Made by a program: the position numbers and the translations under genes. A stretch of DNA of 64,000 nucleotides from an uncultured cyanobacterium. Its GTDB lineage: Bacteria; Cyanobacteriota; Cyanobacteriia; PCC-6307; Cyanobiaceae. Of this stretch, positions 20,678 through 30,258 are shown in pieces. The stretch is from positions 320,001 to 384,000 of the forward strand of contig CAVXWZ010000001.1 of the NCBI GenBank assembly GCA_963765575.1, written 5' to 3'. The stretch's first letter is position 1. Each line of letters begins with the position of its first letter. The notes beneath the pieces are model-generated. The model searched no databases. It was given only the letters and a program-made list of their open reading frames with translations, and was not told the DNA's origin.

Positions 20678-21799
20678 TCAGAGCAGGGCCAGGCGATCGC
20701 GGTGCATCACCTCCACCCCCACCCGGCCCATCAGCTGCTGCAGGTCGGCGCTGCCCAGGCTGGCCAGGCCCCGGCCCAGTTCCCGGCCATCCGGGCCCAG
20801 CAGGCGCACCGCGTCGCGGGCGTTGAACTGCCCCTCCACCGCCGTCACCCCCACCGCCAGCAATGAGGCGCCCCGGTTGAGCAGGGCTCGCTCGGCGCCG
20901 GCATCGAGGCGCAGGGCCCCCTTGGGCACCAGGGCGTGGGCCAGCCAGTGTTTGCGGGTGGTGATCGGCTCGCCGGAGGGCTGGAACACCGTGCCCACGC
21001 GCTGGCCGGCCAGCAGGGCATCGAGCGCGGTCGGATCGCGGCCGTCGGCCAGGTGCACGCGGATGCCACTGGAGGTGGCGATGCGCGCCGCGGCCAGCTT
21101 GGTGGTCATGCCGCCGGTGCCCCAGCGGCCGCCGCCGCCGGCCACATGGGTAATCCGTTCCAGTTCGGCCAGATCGCTCACCTCCTCGATGGGCTCGGCC
21201 GAGCTGTCGCGGCGGGGATCGCCCGAGTAGAGGCGGTCCACGTCGGTGAGCAGGATCAGTTCATCGGCGCCCACCGCCACCGCCACCAGGGCCGAGAGGG
21301 TGTCGTTGTCGCCGAAGCGCAGCTCATCGGTGGCCAGGGTGTCGTTCTCGTTCACCACCGGCACCACGCCCCAGGCGAGCAGCTGCTCGAGGGTGCGGCT
21401 GGCGTTCTGGTAGCGCCGCCGCGAGGCCAGGTCGCCGCGGGTGAGCAGCACCTGGGCCGCCGTCAGTCCGCGCACGGCAAAGGCGTCCTGGTACTGGGCC
21501 ATCAGCTGGCCCTGACCCACGGCGGCGGCGGCCTGCAGCGCGGCCACCTCCGCCGGGCGCTGGGCCATCGCCAGCACCGCGCAGCCCAGGCCCACGGCAC
21601 CGCTGGTGACCAGGGCCACGGCATCGCCGCGGCGCTGGGCCGTGTTGATGCTGGCGGCCAGGTCGGCGATCACGGCGGTGGTGGGGCGCTCGGCGCTGCC
21701 CCGCAGCAGGCTGGTGCCCACCTTCACCACCCGGCGCCGGGGCCGCCCGTCGCTGGCGTTCATCCCCGCCTCCCTCGCCATTGCCGCTGCCCTGCTCAT
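20678..21799 (-). CDS. proB: Glutamate 5-kinase
   Basis: [31 protein letters not shown] domain. Confidence 0.95.
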   Translation of the reverse strand: MSRAAAMAREAGMNASDGRPRRRVVKVGTSLLRGSAERPTTAVIADLAASINTAQRRGDAVALVTSGAVGLGCAVLAMAQRPAEVAALQAAAAVGQGQLMAQYQDAFAVRGLTAAQVLLTRGDLASRRRYQNASRTLEQLLAWGVVPVVNENDTLATDELRFGDNDTLSALVAVAVGADELILLTDVDRLYSGDPRRDSSAEPIEEVSDLAELERITHVAGGGGRWGTGGMTTKLAAARIATSSGIRVHLADGRDPTALDALLAGQRVGTVFQPSGEPITTRKHWLAHALVPKGALRLDAGAERALLNRGASLLAVGVTAVEGQFNARDAVRLLGPDGRELGRGLASLGSADLQQLMGRVGVEVMHRDRLALL

Positions 21800-22308
21800 C
21801 CCAGGCGGATGCCCAGCCAGTGGGCGAGCTGCAGCTCCAGCCGCTGCACGCGGTCGCGCTGGCAGGGCTGCCCCAGCGGGTCGATCGGCCTCACCAGCAC
21901 CGTGTAGAGGCCCAGGCGGTTGCCCACGATCACGTCGGTGAACAGCCGATCACCGATCAGGGCGACCTGGCGGTGGGGCAGCTGCAGTTGCTGCAGCACC
22001 CGGCGCAGGGCGGCACGGCGCGGTTTGCCGGCTGAGGTGGTGAAGGGCACCCCCAGCTCGGCCGCCACGGCGCCGATGCGCTGGCGGGAGGGGTTGTTGC
22101 TGAGCAGGTGGATCGGCAGCTGCCGGCGCGCCTCCTCCAGCCAGCGGCGGCAGCTCTGGGGCAGGGTGGACTGGCGCCGGGGCAGCAGCGTGCGGTCCAC
22201 ATCCAGCACCAGGGCTGCGATCCGACGCTCAAGCAGCTGCTGCAGGGGCAGCTCGGCCAGGGTGCGGTCGAGCAGCCAGTCGGGGCGCAGCAGTTGACGC
22301 AGGCTCAC
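21796..22308 (-). CDS. YqeG-family HAD-IIIA phosphatase
   Basis: LDVDRTL, LSNN, KP, GDRLFTD. GTG start overlaps the upstream stop. Confidence 0.88.
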   Translation of the reverse strand: MSLRQLLRPDWLLDRTLAELPLQQLLERRIAALVLDVDRTLLPRRQSTLPQSCRRWLEEARRQLPIHLLSNNPSRQRIGAVAAELGVPFTTSAGKPRRAALRRVLQQLQLPHRQVALIGDRLFTDVIVGNRLGLYTVLVRPIDPLGQPCQRDRVQRLELQLAHWLGIRLG

Positions 22309-22844
22309 GGCTGGCCCTCCCGCTCCTCCAGCTCGGCCTCGATGCGGGGCTGAACCCGATCGAATTCCTCCCCTTCCACCAGCAGCGCCTGGGCGCCGTC
22401 CATGCGGGCCACCACGAAGTAGGGGTCGAGGGGGATGTAGAGGCCGTACTCCTGCTCCTCCACCAGGAAGCTCACCAGCAGCTCGTAGGTCTCGCTGTCG
22501 TCGTCCTCGTCGCCGTCGTCGAGATCCTCGGGCTCGGGCTCCTCCAGTTCGCCGTTCACCGTGAGGGTCACCGCCGAGCGCACCAGGGTGAGGTCGTGCT
22601 CCTGCAGCACCACATCCGCCACCGAGAGGATCGGTTCGGTGGCCTCGATCGTGTCGATCAGCTCCGGTTCCTCCCCCTCCCCCAGGCGGAACAGGCACAC
22701 CGGGGTGTCCACGGGCGTGAGCAACACGTAGTCGCGACCATCGAGGGGGATGAGCTGCTCCAGAAAACAGAGCAACTGACGACCCCGTTGGTCGCTCACC
22801 AGCAGGGTGGGCACATCGCTGGGGAGGTCGCCCGGGCCAGTCAT
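22305..22844 (-). CDS. DUF3727 family protein
   Basis: Acidic; LLTPVDTPV, SAVTLTV, EYGLYIPLDP. Sits between ruvX and yqeG. Confidence 0.75.
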   Translation of the reverse strand: MTGPGDLPSDVPTLLVSDQRGRQLLCFLEQLIPLDGRDYVLLTPVDTPVCLFRLGEGEEPELIDTIEATEPILSVADVVLQEHDLTLVRSAVTLTVNGELEEPEPEDLDDGDEDDDSETYELLVSFLVEEQEYGLYIPLDPYFVVARMDGAQALLVEGEEFDRVQPRIEAELEEREGQP

Positions 22845-22884
22845 GAAGAACTCCGCAGTGCTCACAGAAGGTGGAGCTGTGCCC

Positions 22885-23370
22885 TCAGGATGGATCAGCG
22901 TCGGCTGCACTGCCCGGATCGCGGCTCAGCGCCGCCTGGGGGGCCTGCGGTTCCGGGCCCTCGCGCAGCCACTGCTCCAGCAGCAGGGCGGCGGCGGCAC
23001 TGTCGAGCCGGCCGCTGCGGTCGCCGTGCAGACCATGGCGTTCGGCTGCGGCCCAGCTGCTGGAATGTTCGTTGACCCAGGCCATGGCCAGCCCGGTGGC
23101 CTGGGCCAGCCGCTCGCCGTAGCGCCGGCAATGGTGGCTCTGGTCGCCGGCGTGGCCAGCGCTGTCGAGGGGCAGTCCCACCACCAGGGCCTGCACCCGG
23201 CGGCGCTGGATCAAGGCCCGCAGCTGCTCCAGGTCGGCCGGGAACCGACCCCGCAGCAGGGGTGGCAGGGGGGTGACGGTGAGCCCCAGGGGGTCGCAGC
23301 CCGCCAGGCCGATGCGCCGCCGCCCCACATCCAGGGCCAGGGTGGAGCGCGGCCGCGGCGGGCCGGTCAG
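22885..23370 (-). CDS. ruvX: YqgF/RuvX pre-16S rRNA nuclease (probable CTG start)
   Basis: LALDVGRRRIGLA, VVGLP, NEHSSS, DSAAA. The conserved LALD lies upstream of the ORF-track GTG start. Confidence 0.88.
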   Translation of the reverse strand: MTGPPRPRSTLALDVGRRRIGLAGCDPLGLTVTPLPPLLRGRFPADLEQLRALIQRRRVQALVVGLPLDSAGHAGDQSHHCRRYGERLAQATGLAMAWVNEHSSSWAAAERHGLHGDRSGRLDSAAAALLLEQWLREGPEPQAPQAALSRDPGSAADADPS

Positions 23371-24500
23371 CGGGGCCCCAAGGGTGTGGGCATGGGCCGG
23401 CGCCTGGGCTGCAGCTGCTCCAGCACGGCTTCCAGGCGCCGCGCGGGGCCCTGGGCGGGGGCGTGCAGCTCCTGCCGCCGCCAGACACTGCGGGCCATCA
23501 GCACCCGTTCGCCGCGGGGTTCAGCGCCCAGCTGCACCAGCCAGCGCTCCAGGGCCTGGTCGTTGATGTCGCTGCGCAGCCACAGGGGCTGGTGGCGGCC
23601 CAGGGCCCGGGCGGCCTGGGCCAGCAGGCTGGTGAGCGGCGCGCCGATCAGCTGCCCCCAGCCAGGGTGCACCGTGAGTTCGAGATCGTGGCCACCACCG
23701 GGGTGGTCGCCCAGCCAGCGCACCGCCGCCACGGCCTGATCGCGGCCGGGATCGATCAGCAGCCAGCCGCGGCTGCCGCTGCGGTCGAGCAGGTCTTCGA
23801 CATGGCGATCGAGCAGCTGGCGCAGCAGCCCGGGGCAGGCCGCCTGTTCGAGCTGCCAGAGGGCCCTGGCGCTGCGGCGGTTGAGGGGGCGCGGACTCCA
23901 CGGCTGGCTGCCGTCACCAGCGGCTGCAGCCAACGTGCCGCTGGCGGGCAGCCCGCCCGGCCAGCGCCAGAGCCGCTCGGTGCGCAGGGGCTGGAAGCCC
24001 TGTTCACGCAGGGCGGCGAGTCGATCGCTGTCGAGGGTGGAGGCGATGGCGATCCAGCTGCCGGCGCCGCGGGCCCGCAGGATCGCCTCGCGCAGCAGCG
24101 CTCCGGCCAGCTCTCGCCGGCCGCATTCGGCCATCAGGCGCAGGTGCTGAACGCGCCAGCAACTGCCACTGCGGTTTTCCTGTCGGGTGACGATCAGGCC
24201 CAGGGGCACGTGCCCCTGGCGCGCCACCAGCACCTCCGGGCTGAGGTTGGTGGGCGTGGGGATGGGCAGCCAGCGCAGGGCTCGGGCGACCGGCCGCAGC
24301 ACCGCCGTGCGTTGCAGCAGGGGCTGGAGGGGCACAAAGGCCGGATCGTTGAGCAGGGGCAGGTGCCAGCCGGCCAGCGGCTCGATCAGGGGTCTGTCGC
24401 CGAGGGCGCCGCCCTGGGCCCGGGGGCCTGGGCTTTCACCCTCCGGTGAGAGCAGCGCCGGGGACGGCAGCGAAGCGCTGGGCACGGCTGGACTGTGCAC
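23367..24500 (-). CDS. Conserved cyanobacterial protein with GNAT-like folds (true start may be ATG 24580 via a frameshift)
   Basis: Long ORF co-oriented with ruvX; LAALREQGFQPL, RVLMARSVWRR. Confidence 0.6.
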   Translation of the reverse strand: MHSPAVPSASLPSPALLSPEGESPGPRAQGGALGDRPLIEPLAGWHLPLLNDPAFVPLQPLLQRTAVLRPVARALRWLPIPTPTNLSPEVLVARQGHVPLGLIVTRQENRSGSCWRVQHLRLMAECGRRELAGALLREAILRARGAGSWIAIASTLDSDRLAALREQGFQPLRTERLWRWPGGLPASGTLAAAAGDGSQPWSPRPLNRRSARALWQLEQAACPGLLRQLLDRHVEDLLDRSGSRGWLLIDPGRDQAVAAVRWLGDHPGGGHDLELTVHPGWGQLIGAPLTSLLAQAARALGRHQPLWLRSDINDQALERWLVQLGAEPRGERVLMARSVWRRQELHAPAQGPARRLEAVLEQLQPRRRPMPTPLGPR

Positions 24501-24575
24501 AGGTTGGGGTGCACAGGATGGGAGTGCACAGGATGGGTGTGCGCTGCAGGGGATTGCACCAATCGGGATTGCGCC
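24481..24575. repeat. Degenerate 15-bp tandem repeat, about 6-7 units (TGCACAGGATGGGNG)
   Basis: Unit starts at 24481, 24496, 24510, 24525, 24540, 24555, 24570; one unit is only 14 bp. Confidence 0.75.
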
Positions 24576-24640
24576 GTCATCCCAGGGCAGTCCGGAGGGT
24601 GATCAGCCCAACTGTACCGACGATGGCTGGCCGCCGCCGC

Positions 24641-25828
24641 TCAGCCCGGGCGCACCAGCACCAGGGGTGTGCGCTCGTTGGCGTTGCCGGCTGGGTTGGG
24701 GCGCAGGGCGCGCTGCAGCAGGGCCTGATCGCAGCCCTGGCTGGCCGCCAGCACCTTCACCCGGCCGAGGTCGTTGACGTCGACCACGGCCACGGCCACG
24801 CCCAGGGCGCTGGCCATCTGCTCGCAGAAGGCTTCGGGTTGGTGCGGTCCGAGCACGATGGTCTGGTCGTAGGGCGGTGTGGTGCCCGTGACGTCATCGA
24901 TCAGGCGGGCCTGCTCGCCGGCCAGGCGGTAGAACCAGCCCTTCGATCCCACCAGCTTCAGGGCCGTGCCCACCAGCCAGGCGCAGAGCACCCGTGCCGG
25001 CCCCTCCAGGTCGATCAGGGTCTGCATGCCGCAGGCGGTGGCCAGGGAGCTGGTGGGGTGGAACACCCGGCAGAGCAGCCGCGCCAGGGCTGAGGGCCGC
25101 ACCTCCTGGGGATGCTGGTAACGGCCCTGGATCACCGCCAGGGGCGTCTCGCCGATCGTGAGCACATCGCCGCTCTGGAGCACCGCGCCGGCGTAGTGGC
25201 GCAGCACCTGCTCGGGGTCGTCGAGGGTGCCCAGCAGGTGGGTGCGCACTGGCAGCACCTGGCAGCCCTCACCGCTGCGCCAGCGGGCGGTGGCCGGCGA
25301 CTGCGGTTCCGGCCGGCGCAGGGGGATGAGGATGGCGTCGCGGCGCTGGAGGCGGCCGAAGGGGCCGTAGTTCACCCACAGCACCTCCAGCCAGAGGGTG
25401 TCGAGCACGGCCGCCAGATCCACGCCCGCATCGCCCCGCAGCTCCACCGTGAGCCGGGCGCGGGTGGCCTTGCGTCCCTTGACGATGTAGGCGGCCCAGT
25501 AGCCATCGGCCCGCTCCTCCTCGTCGGCATGCAGGGCGGTGACCTGGCTGCGCAGGCTCACTCCGGCCAGATCGCCGCGGCCCAGCAGGGTGGGGCGCAA
25601 CGCCAGCTCGGGCACGAACACCTCCATGCGTCGGTGGGGGTTGCTGATCGTGATCTCACCGCTCACCCGCAGACCGCCGCCAGCGAGGGGCTGGACGCCG
25701 AAGGGGGCGGCGCTGAGGCGCAGCGGTGAGGCCGGCCGCAGCCGGTGGCGCAGCTCCAGAACGAGCAGCAGCAGGCCGAACAGCAGGGCGGCGATCAGGG
25801 CCAGCTTGAGCAGAACCAGGAACAGCAA
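24641..25828 (-). CDS. Membrane-anchored protein with C-terminal CofE/F420-0:gamma-glutamyl ligase-like domain
   Basis: N-terminal TM; VLTIGETPLA, IDDVTGT, VVDVNDLG, NPAGNANERTP. Confidence 0.7.
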   Translation of the reverse strand: MLFLVLLKLALIAALLFGLLLLVLELRHRLRPASPLRLSAAPFGVQPLAGGGLRVSGEITISNPHRRMEVFVPELALRPTLLGRGDLAGVSLRSQVTALHADEEERADGYWAAYIVKGRKATRARLTVELRGDAGVDLAAVLDTLWLEVLWVNYGPFGRLQRRDAILIPLRRPEPQSPATARWRSGEGCQVLPVRTHLLGTLDDPEQVLRHYAGAVLQSGDVLTIGETPLAVIQGRYQHPQEVRPSALARLLCRVFHPTSSLATACGMQTLIDLEGPARVLCAWLVGTALKLVGSKGWFYRLAGEQARLIDDVTGTTPPYDQTIVLGPHQPEAFCEQMASALGVAVAVVDVNDLGRVKVLAASQGCDQALLQRALRPNPAGNANERTPLVLVRPG

Positions 25829-25908
25829 GTGCGACGGGAAACGGTTTGCCGGAGCGTACGTGCACCCCGCCGCCTTAACGTCGCGCGACCTCACCGGCCG
25901 GTGGCGCG

Positions 25909-27285
25909 ATGCGCAAGACCTTCGTGCTCGACACCAATGTGCTGTTGCACGATCCCGGCGCCCTCGGCCGCTTTGAGGACAACAACATCGTCATCCCGAT
26001 CGAGGTGGTGGCGGAAATCGACCGCTTCAAGCGCGACCCGGCCGAGAAGGGCCGCAACGCCCGCGAGGTGTCGCGGCTGCTGGACGACCTGAGGACCAGG
26101 GGCAACCTGGCCGACGGCGTTGCGCTCGACCCCCAGGGCGGCACCTTGAAGGTGGTGTTCTGCCGCAGCGAAACGCTCGCCACCCTGCCGCCCGAGCTCC
26201 AGGGCGACGGCGGTGACAACAACATTCTGGCGGTGGCGCTGGAGCAGCAGAGTCTGGAGGCGGTGATCGGCGACCAGCCGCCGGTGGTGCTGGTGACCAA
26301 GGACACCAACCTGCGCATCAAGGCCGATGCCGTGGGCCTGTCCGCCCAGGACTACACCAGCGACCGGGTGGACATCGCTGACCTCTACCCGGGCTTCTGT
26401 GAGCTCTGGGTGAGTGCCGAGCAGATGGATCGGGTGAAGCTGCCCCCAGGCCTGGAGACCGATGGACTGCCGCTGGATCACCCCCTGCAGCCCAACGAGG
26501 GGGTGACGCTGATCGACCAGAGCCAGCCCAACCACACCCTGCTGGCCCGCCACAACGCCGCCAGCGCCAGCCTGCAGCCGCTGCAGCGGCTGCAGAAGGC
26601 CCGGCTGGGGCGGATCCAGGCGCGCAACCGCGAGCAGAGCTTCGCCCTCGATCTGCTGCTCGATCCCTCCGTGCAGCTGGTGACGCTGGTGGGCAAGGCC
26701 GGCACCGGCAAGACCCTGCTGGCCCTGGCGGCAGGGTTGAACCAGGTGGCCGATGAGCGGCTCTACGAGCGCATGCTTGTGACCCGTCCGGTGATCTCCC
26801 TGGGCAAGGAGCTGGGCTTCCTGCCGGGTGATTTGGAGGAGAAGATGGGCCCCTGGATGAAACCGATCATCGACAATCTCGACTTCCTGCTCGGCTGCGA
26901 AGAAAGCAGCAAGGGTTCGGGACAACGTGGCGGCAACCGCCAGGCGCGCAGCAGCTGGAGCGACCTCAAGGCCATGGGGCTGCTGGAGGTGGAGGCGATC
27001 AGCTACATCCGCGGCCGTTCGATTCCAGGGCAGTTCATGGTGGTTGATGAGGCCCAGAACCTCACCCCCCACGAGGTGAAGACGATCGTGACGCGGGTGG
27101 GGGAGGGCACCAAGATCGTGCTCACCGGCGACCCCTACCAGATCGATAATCCCTATGTGGACGCTGAGAGCAACGGCCTCACCTGGCTGGTGGAGCGCTT
27201 CAAGGGCCAGATCCTCGCCGGCCACGTGACCCTGCAGCGCGGTGAACGCAGCGAGCTGGCTGAGCTGGCGGCGAATCTGCTCTGA
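25909..27285 (+). CDS. PIN-PhoH fusion protein (PhoH2/YlaK type)
   Basis: PIN motifs VLDTNV and VTKD.NLR; GKAGTGKT, LGFLPG, YIRGRS, DEAQN, GDPYQID. Confidence 0.9.
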   Translation: MRKTFVLDTNVLLHDPGALGRFEDNNIVIPIEVVAEIDRFKRDPAEKGRNAREVSRLLDDLRTRGNLADGVALDPQGGTLKVVFCRSETLATLPPELQGDGGDNNILAVALEQQSLEAVIGDQPPVVLVTKDTNLRIKADAVGLSAQDYTSDRVDIADLYPGFCELWVSAEQMDRVKLPPGLETDGLPLDHPLQPNEGVTLIDQSQPNHTLLARHNAASASLQPLQRLQKARLGRIQARNREQSFALDLLLDPSVQLVTLVGKAGTGKTLLALAAGLNQVADERLYERMLVTRPVISLGKELGFLPGDLEEKMGPWMKPIIDNLDFLLGCEESSKGSGQRGGNRQARSSWSDLKAMGLLEVEAISYIRGRSIPGQFMVVDEAQNLTPHEVKTIVTRVGEGTKIVLTGDPYQIDNPYVDAESNGLTWLVERFKGQILAGHVTLQRGERSELAELAANLL

Positions 27286-27589
27286 TCCCCATGCCCGAGA
27301 GCCTGGAGGCGGCCAGGGCGCTGTTGCAGGCGCTTTGTGGGGATCGATGCTTTCTCAGCGAGGGCTCGGTGAGGGCAATTTCAATCAAGGGCTTCCGCGT
27401 CCTCTGAGCAGAAGCCTGCGGCTCGGGGGCTTGCTGTACCGACGCGTTAAACATCTCCTCAAGCCCCCGGGTGTACTGATGAGAGGGGTGACATCTTTCC
27501 TGAACCAGGGGGTGTCCCTGTGACCTAACTTAGCCTTATAGACATACCAATCTCCTGGTTGGGGGTCTCCCGGTGGCTGACGACGTGCC

Positions 27590-27821
27590 AAGACCGGTCC
27601 TTGCCGCCTTTGCTATCGCGAACAGTGACGTTCTGCCGCTCGACATCGAGATCCTTGACGCGCCACCGCAGCGCTTCCATCAGCCGTAAGCCGCTGCCAT
27701 CCAGCAGCCCAACCACCGGAGCCGGATCACCCTCCAATCGTTCCCGCACCACGCCATCCAGTTCCAGATCACGATCCAGCAGTACGCGGTACAGGAACAA
27801 CAACGCCGAGATGGCCTGACG
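27590..27821 (-). pseudogene. Integron integrase (IntI-type tyrosine recombinase) fragment
   Basis: [51 protein letters not shown]. Both termini and an internal segment are missing. Confidence 0.75.
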
Positions 27822-27867
27822 CCCTGCGCCACGGCTACGGCCCAGGGTTGCCACCGGCACCGCCTGC

Positions 27868-29193
27868 TCAGCAATCCAGACAGGCGCGCCGCTCCGCGTC
27901 GCTGATGTCGCCCCGCTCGCGTTGCCACTGGCGGCGGCGCAAGCGGCCGTACGCCTGGCAGAACTCCTCCCCCAGGGCCTGGCGCAGGCGGCTGTCGGCA
28001 TCGAAGGCATCAAGGGCCTCGCCCAGGTCGGCGGGCAGCCGTGGACACACTTCGGGCGCCAGCGGTGCGGCGTAGTTGTCGTTGTCGTGGCGCGGGCCGG
28101 GCTGCAGCTGGCGCTCGATACCATCCAGCCCCGCCGCCAGGATGGCGGCCTGGAGCAGGTAGGGATGGGTGGAGCCGTCGGGTAGGCGCAGCTCCAGGCG
28201 TTGGTCGTCGGGAATGCGCAGCATGTGGGTGCGGTTGTTGCCGCAGTAACTGATCCCCGCCGGTGACCAGGTGGCACCCGACGTGGTGGGCGGTGCGGCC
28301 AGCCTTCGGTAGCTGTTCACCGTGGGGTTGGTGAGGGCGCAGAGGGCCGGGGCGTGCTCCAGCAGGCCCGCCAAAAACTGATAGGCCAGCGGTGAGAGGC
28401 CCAGTTCGCCGGCAGGATCGGGGAAGAGGTTGATGGCTGCTGTCTGGGTGGCGTCGCCACCGGCGGATCCCCAGAGTGAAAGATGGGTGTGGCAGCCGTT
28501 GCCGGTGCGCTCGGCGAAGGGCTTGGCCATGAAGCTGGCCTTCAGCCCCTGCTGTTCCGCCAGCGACTTCACCATCACCTTGAAGAAGGCGTGGCGATCG
28601 GCGGTGGTGAGGGCGTTGGCGAAGGTCCAGTTCACCTCAAACTGGCCGTTGGCGTCCTCGTGATCAGCCTGGTAGGGGCCCCAGCCCAGCTGCTCCATCG
28701 CCTCCAGCAGCGGGCCGATCAGGCCGTAGTGGCGCATCAAGGCCAGCTGGTCGTAGCAGGGTTTCTCCTGGTGGTCGGCCGGATCGGCGATGCCGCCGCC
28801 ATCGGCCGCCAGCAGAAAAAACTCGGCCTCCACGCCGCTGCGCAGCTCGTAGCCCAGGGCGGCGGCCCGCTGCAGCTGCTTCCGCAGCAGCCGGCGGGGG
28901 CACTGGGCCATCGGCGTTCCCCCCAGCACCAGTTCGGCCGCCACCCAGCCCACCTCCGGTTGCCAGGGCAGGGGGGTGAGGCTGGCGGCGTCGGGCAGGG
29001 CCATCACGTCGCCGTCGGCCGGGGAGAGATCCAGCCAGGCGGCGAAGCCGGCGAAACCGGCACCATCGCGGGCCATCGCGGCGATGGCGGCGGCGGGCAC
29101 GAGCTTGGCGCGCTGGATGCCGAACAGGTCGGTGAAGGAGATCAGCAGGAACTTGAGCTGCAGCTCCCGGGCCTGGCGGGCGAGATCGGTCAT
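27868..29193 (-). CDS. glnT: GlnT-type glutamine synthetase / gamma-glutamylmethylamide synthetase (GmaS)-like ligase
   Basis: [78 protein letters not shown]. Confidence 0.85.
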   Translation of the reverse strand: MTDLARQARELQLKFLLISFTDLFGIQRAKLVPAAAIAAMARDGAGFAGFAAWLDLSPADGDVMALPDAASLTPLPWQPEVGWVAAELVLGGTPMAQCPRRLLRKQLQRAAALGYELRSGVEAEFFLLAADGGGIADPADHQEKPCYDQLALMRHYGLIGPLLEAMEQLGWGPYQADHEDANGQFEVNWTFANALTTADRHAFFKVMVKSLAEQQGLKASFMAKPFAERTGNGCHTHLSLWGSAGGDATQTAAINLFPDPAGELGLSPLAYQFLAGLLEHAPALCALTNPTVNSYRRLAAPPTTSGATWSPAGISYCGNNRTHMLRIPDDQRLELRLPDGSTHPYLLQAAILAAGLDGIERQLQPGPRHDNDNYAAPLAPEVCPRLPADLGEALDAFDADSRLRQALGEEFCQAYGRLRRRQWQRERGDISDAERRACLDC

Positions 29194-29238
29194 GGCGGCT
29201 GGTGGATGGAGGAAGGAGGGGCCCGGCGCCAGGGCCAG

Positions 29239-30237
29239 TCAGCTGGCCAGCAGCTGATCAACGACGTGGCGCAGCAGCTGCTGCTCGTTGGGGTTGCTGT
29301 GGGGGTTGCCGGCCCGGTGGCCGAGCGGGGAGTCGATGCGGTGCAGGCGGGCGCCGGGGATGCAGCGCGCTTCGGCGGCGAGGTCGTCGACGGGGAAATA
29401 GAGGTCGTGGCTGCCGGCCACGACGGCCGTTCTGGCCTCGATGCGGCCCAGGGCGGCGGCCAGGTCACCACCGCCGGCCACGTCGTGGTTCAGCCAGGTG
29501 TCGAGCATGGCGATGAGATCGCGGGGATCGTGGCGGCGGTAGTGGGGCAGCCACTGCTCGCGCACGTGCTGCTCCACCGGTTCGGCGATGCTGCGGAAGA
29601 AGGGCTGGCTGGCCGCCCAGCTGGCGTAGATCAGCGCGTAGGTGAGCAGCCCCTGTTCCGGTGCGGCGTCGAAGCCCGAGCCGTTCCAGTGCCGATCGGC
29701 GGTGAGCGCCTGGCGCAGGCTGAGGCAGAACAGGCGGTTGTGGGGGGTGGTGCGGGCGGTGCCGCAGACGCAGCAGATCCGCTGCACCGTTTCGGGATGG
29801 TCCACCGCCCAGCGGTAGGCCTGCTGGGCCCCCATCGACCAGCCATAGATCAGGGCCGGCCGCTCGACGCCGAACACCTCCCGCAGCAGCCGGCGCTGGG
29901 CGGCGACGTTGTCGCCATGCCCCACCACCCAGCCCTGCTCGGCCAGACCCATGACGCCGTGGCTGGGGCTGCTGGAGGCGCCGTTGCCGAACATCCCCGC
30001 GATCAGCACGCACCAGCGCTGCGGGTCGAACACCGGCCCGGCCAGCCAGGCCAGATCCTCCACCCGCGCCCCGTAGGAACTGGGCACCAGGATCAGGTTG
30101 GAGCGGTCGGGCGTGAGCTGGCCGATGCGCAGGTAGCTGATCCGCGCCTCGGGGATGGTGTGGCCGCACTGGAGAACAAACCGCCCCAGGTTGTGCAGAC
30201 CGTGGTGCCGGGGTGGTGCCGTGGGGGTGCTGGTCAT
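29239..30237 (-). CDS. Alpha/beta hydrolase, homoserine O-acetyltransferase (MetX)-fold
   Basis: GWSMGA nucleophile elbow, DLYFP, GHRAG (Ser-Asp-His triad), MFGNGASSSPS. Confidence 0.8.
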   Translation of the reverse strand: MTSTPTAPPRHHGLHNLGRFVLQCGHTIPEARISYLRIGQLTPDRSNLILVPSSYGARVEDLAWLAGPVFDPQRWCVLIAGMFGNGASSSPSHGVMGLAEQGWVVGHGDNVAAQRRLLREVFGVERPALIYGWSMGAQQAYRWAVDHPETVQRICCVCGTARTTPHNRLFCLSLRQALTADRHWNGSGFDAAPEQGLLTYALIYASWAASQPFFRSIAEPVEQHVREQWLPHYRRHDPRDLIAMLDTWLNHDVAGGGDLAAALGRIEARTAVVAGSHDLYFPVDDLAAEARCIPGARLHRIDSPLGHRAGNPHSNPNEQQLLRHVVDQLLAS

Positions 30238-30258
30238 GGCCCCGCGCTCAAGCCCCAC

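Noticed and set aside
24481..24575. Possible CRISPR or mini-array
   Set aside because: The units are contiguous 15-bp degenerate repeats with no spacers and no cas genes nearby.
27525..28277. 250-aa ORF as an intact integrase
   Set aside because: Its 5' part is an alternative frame of glnT; the integrase similarity covers only ~77 codons and lacks the catalytic C-terminus.
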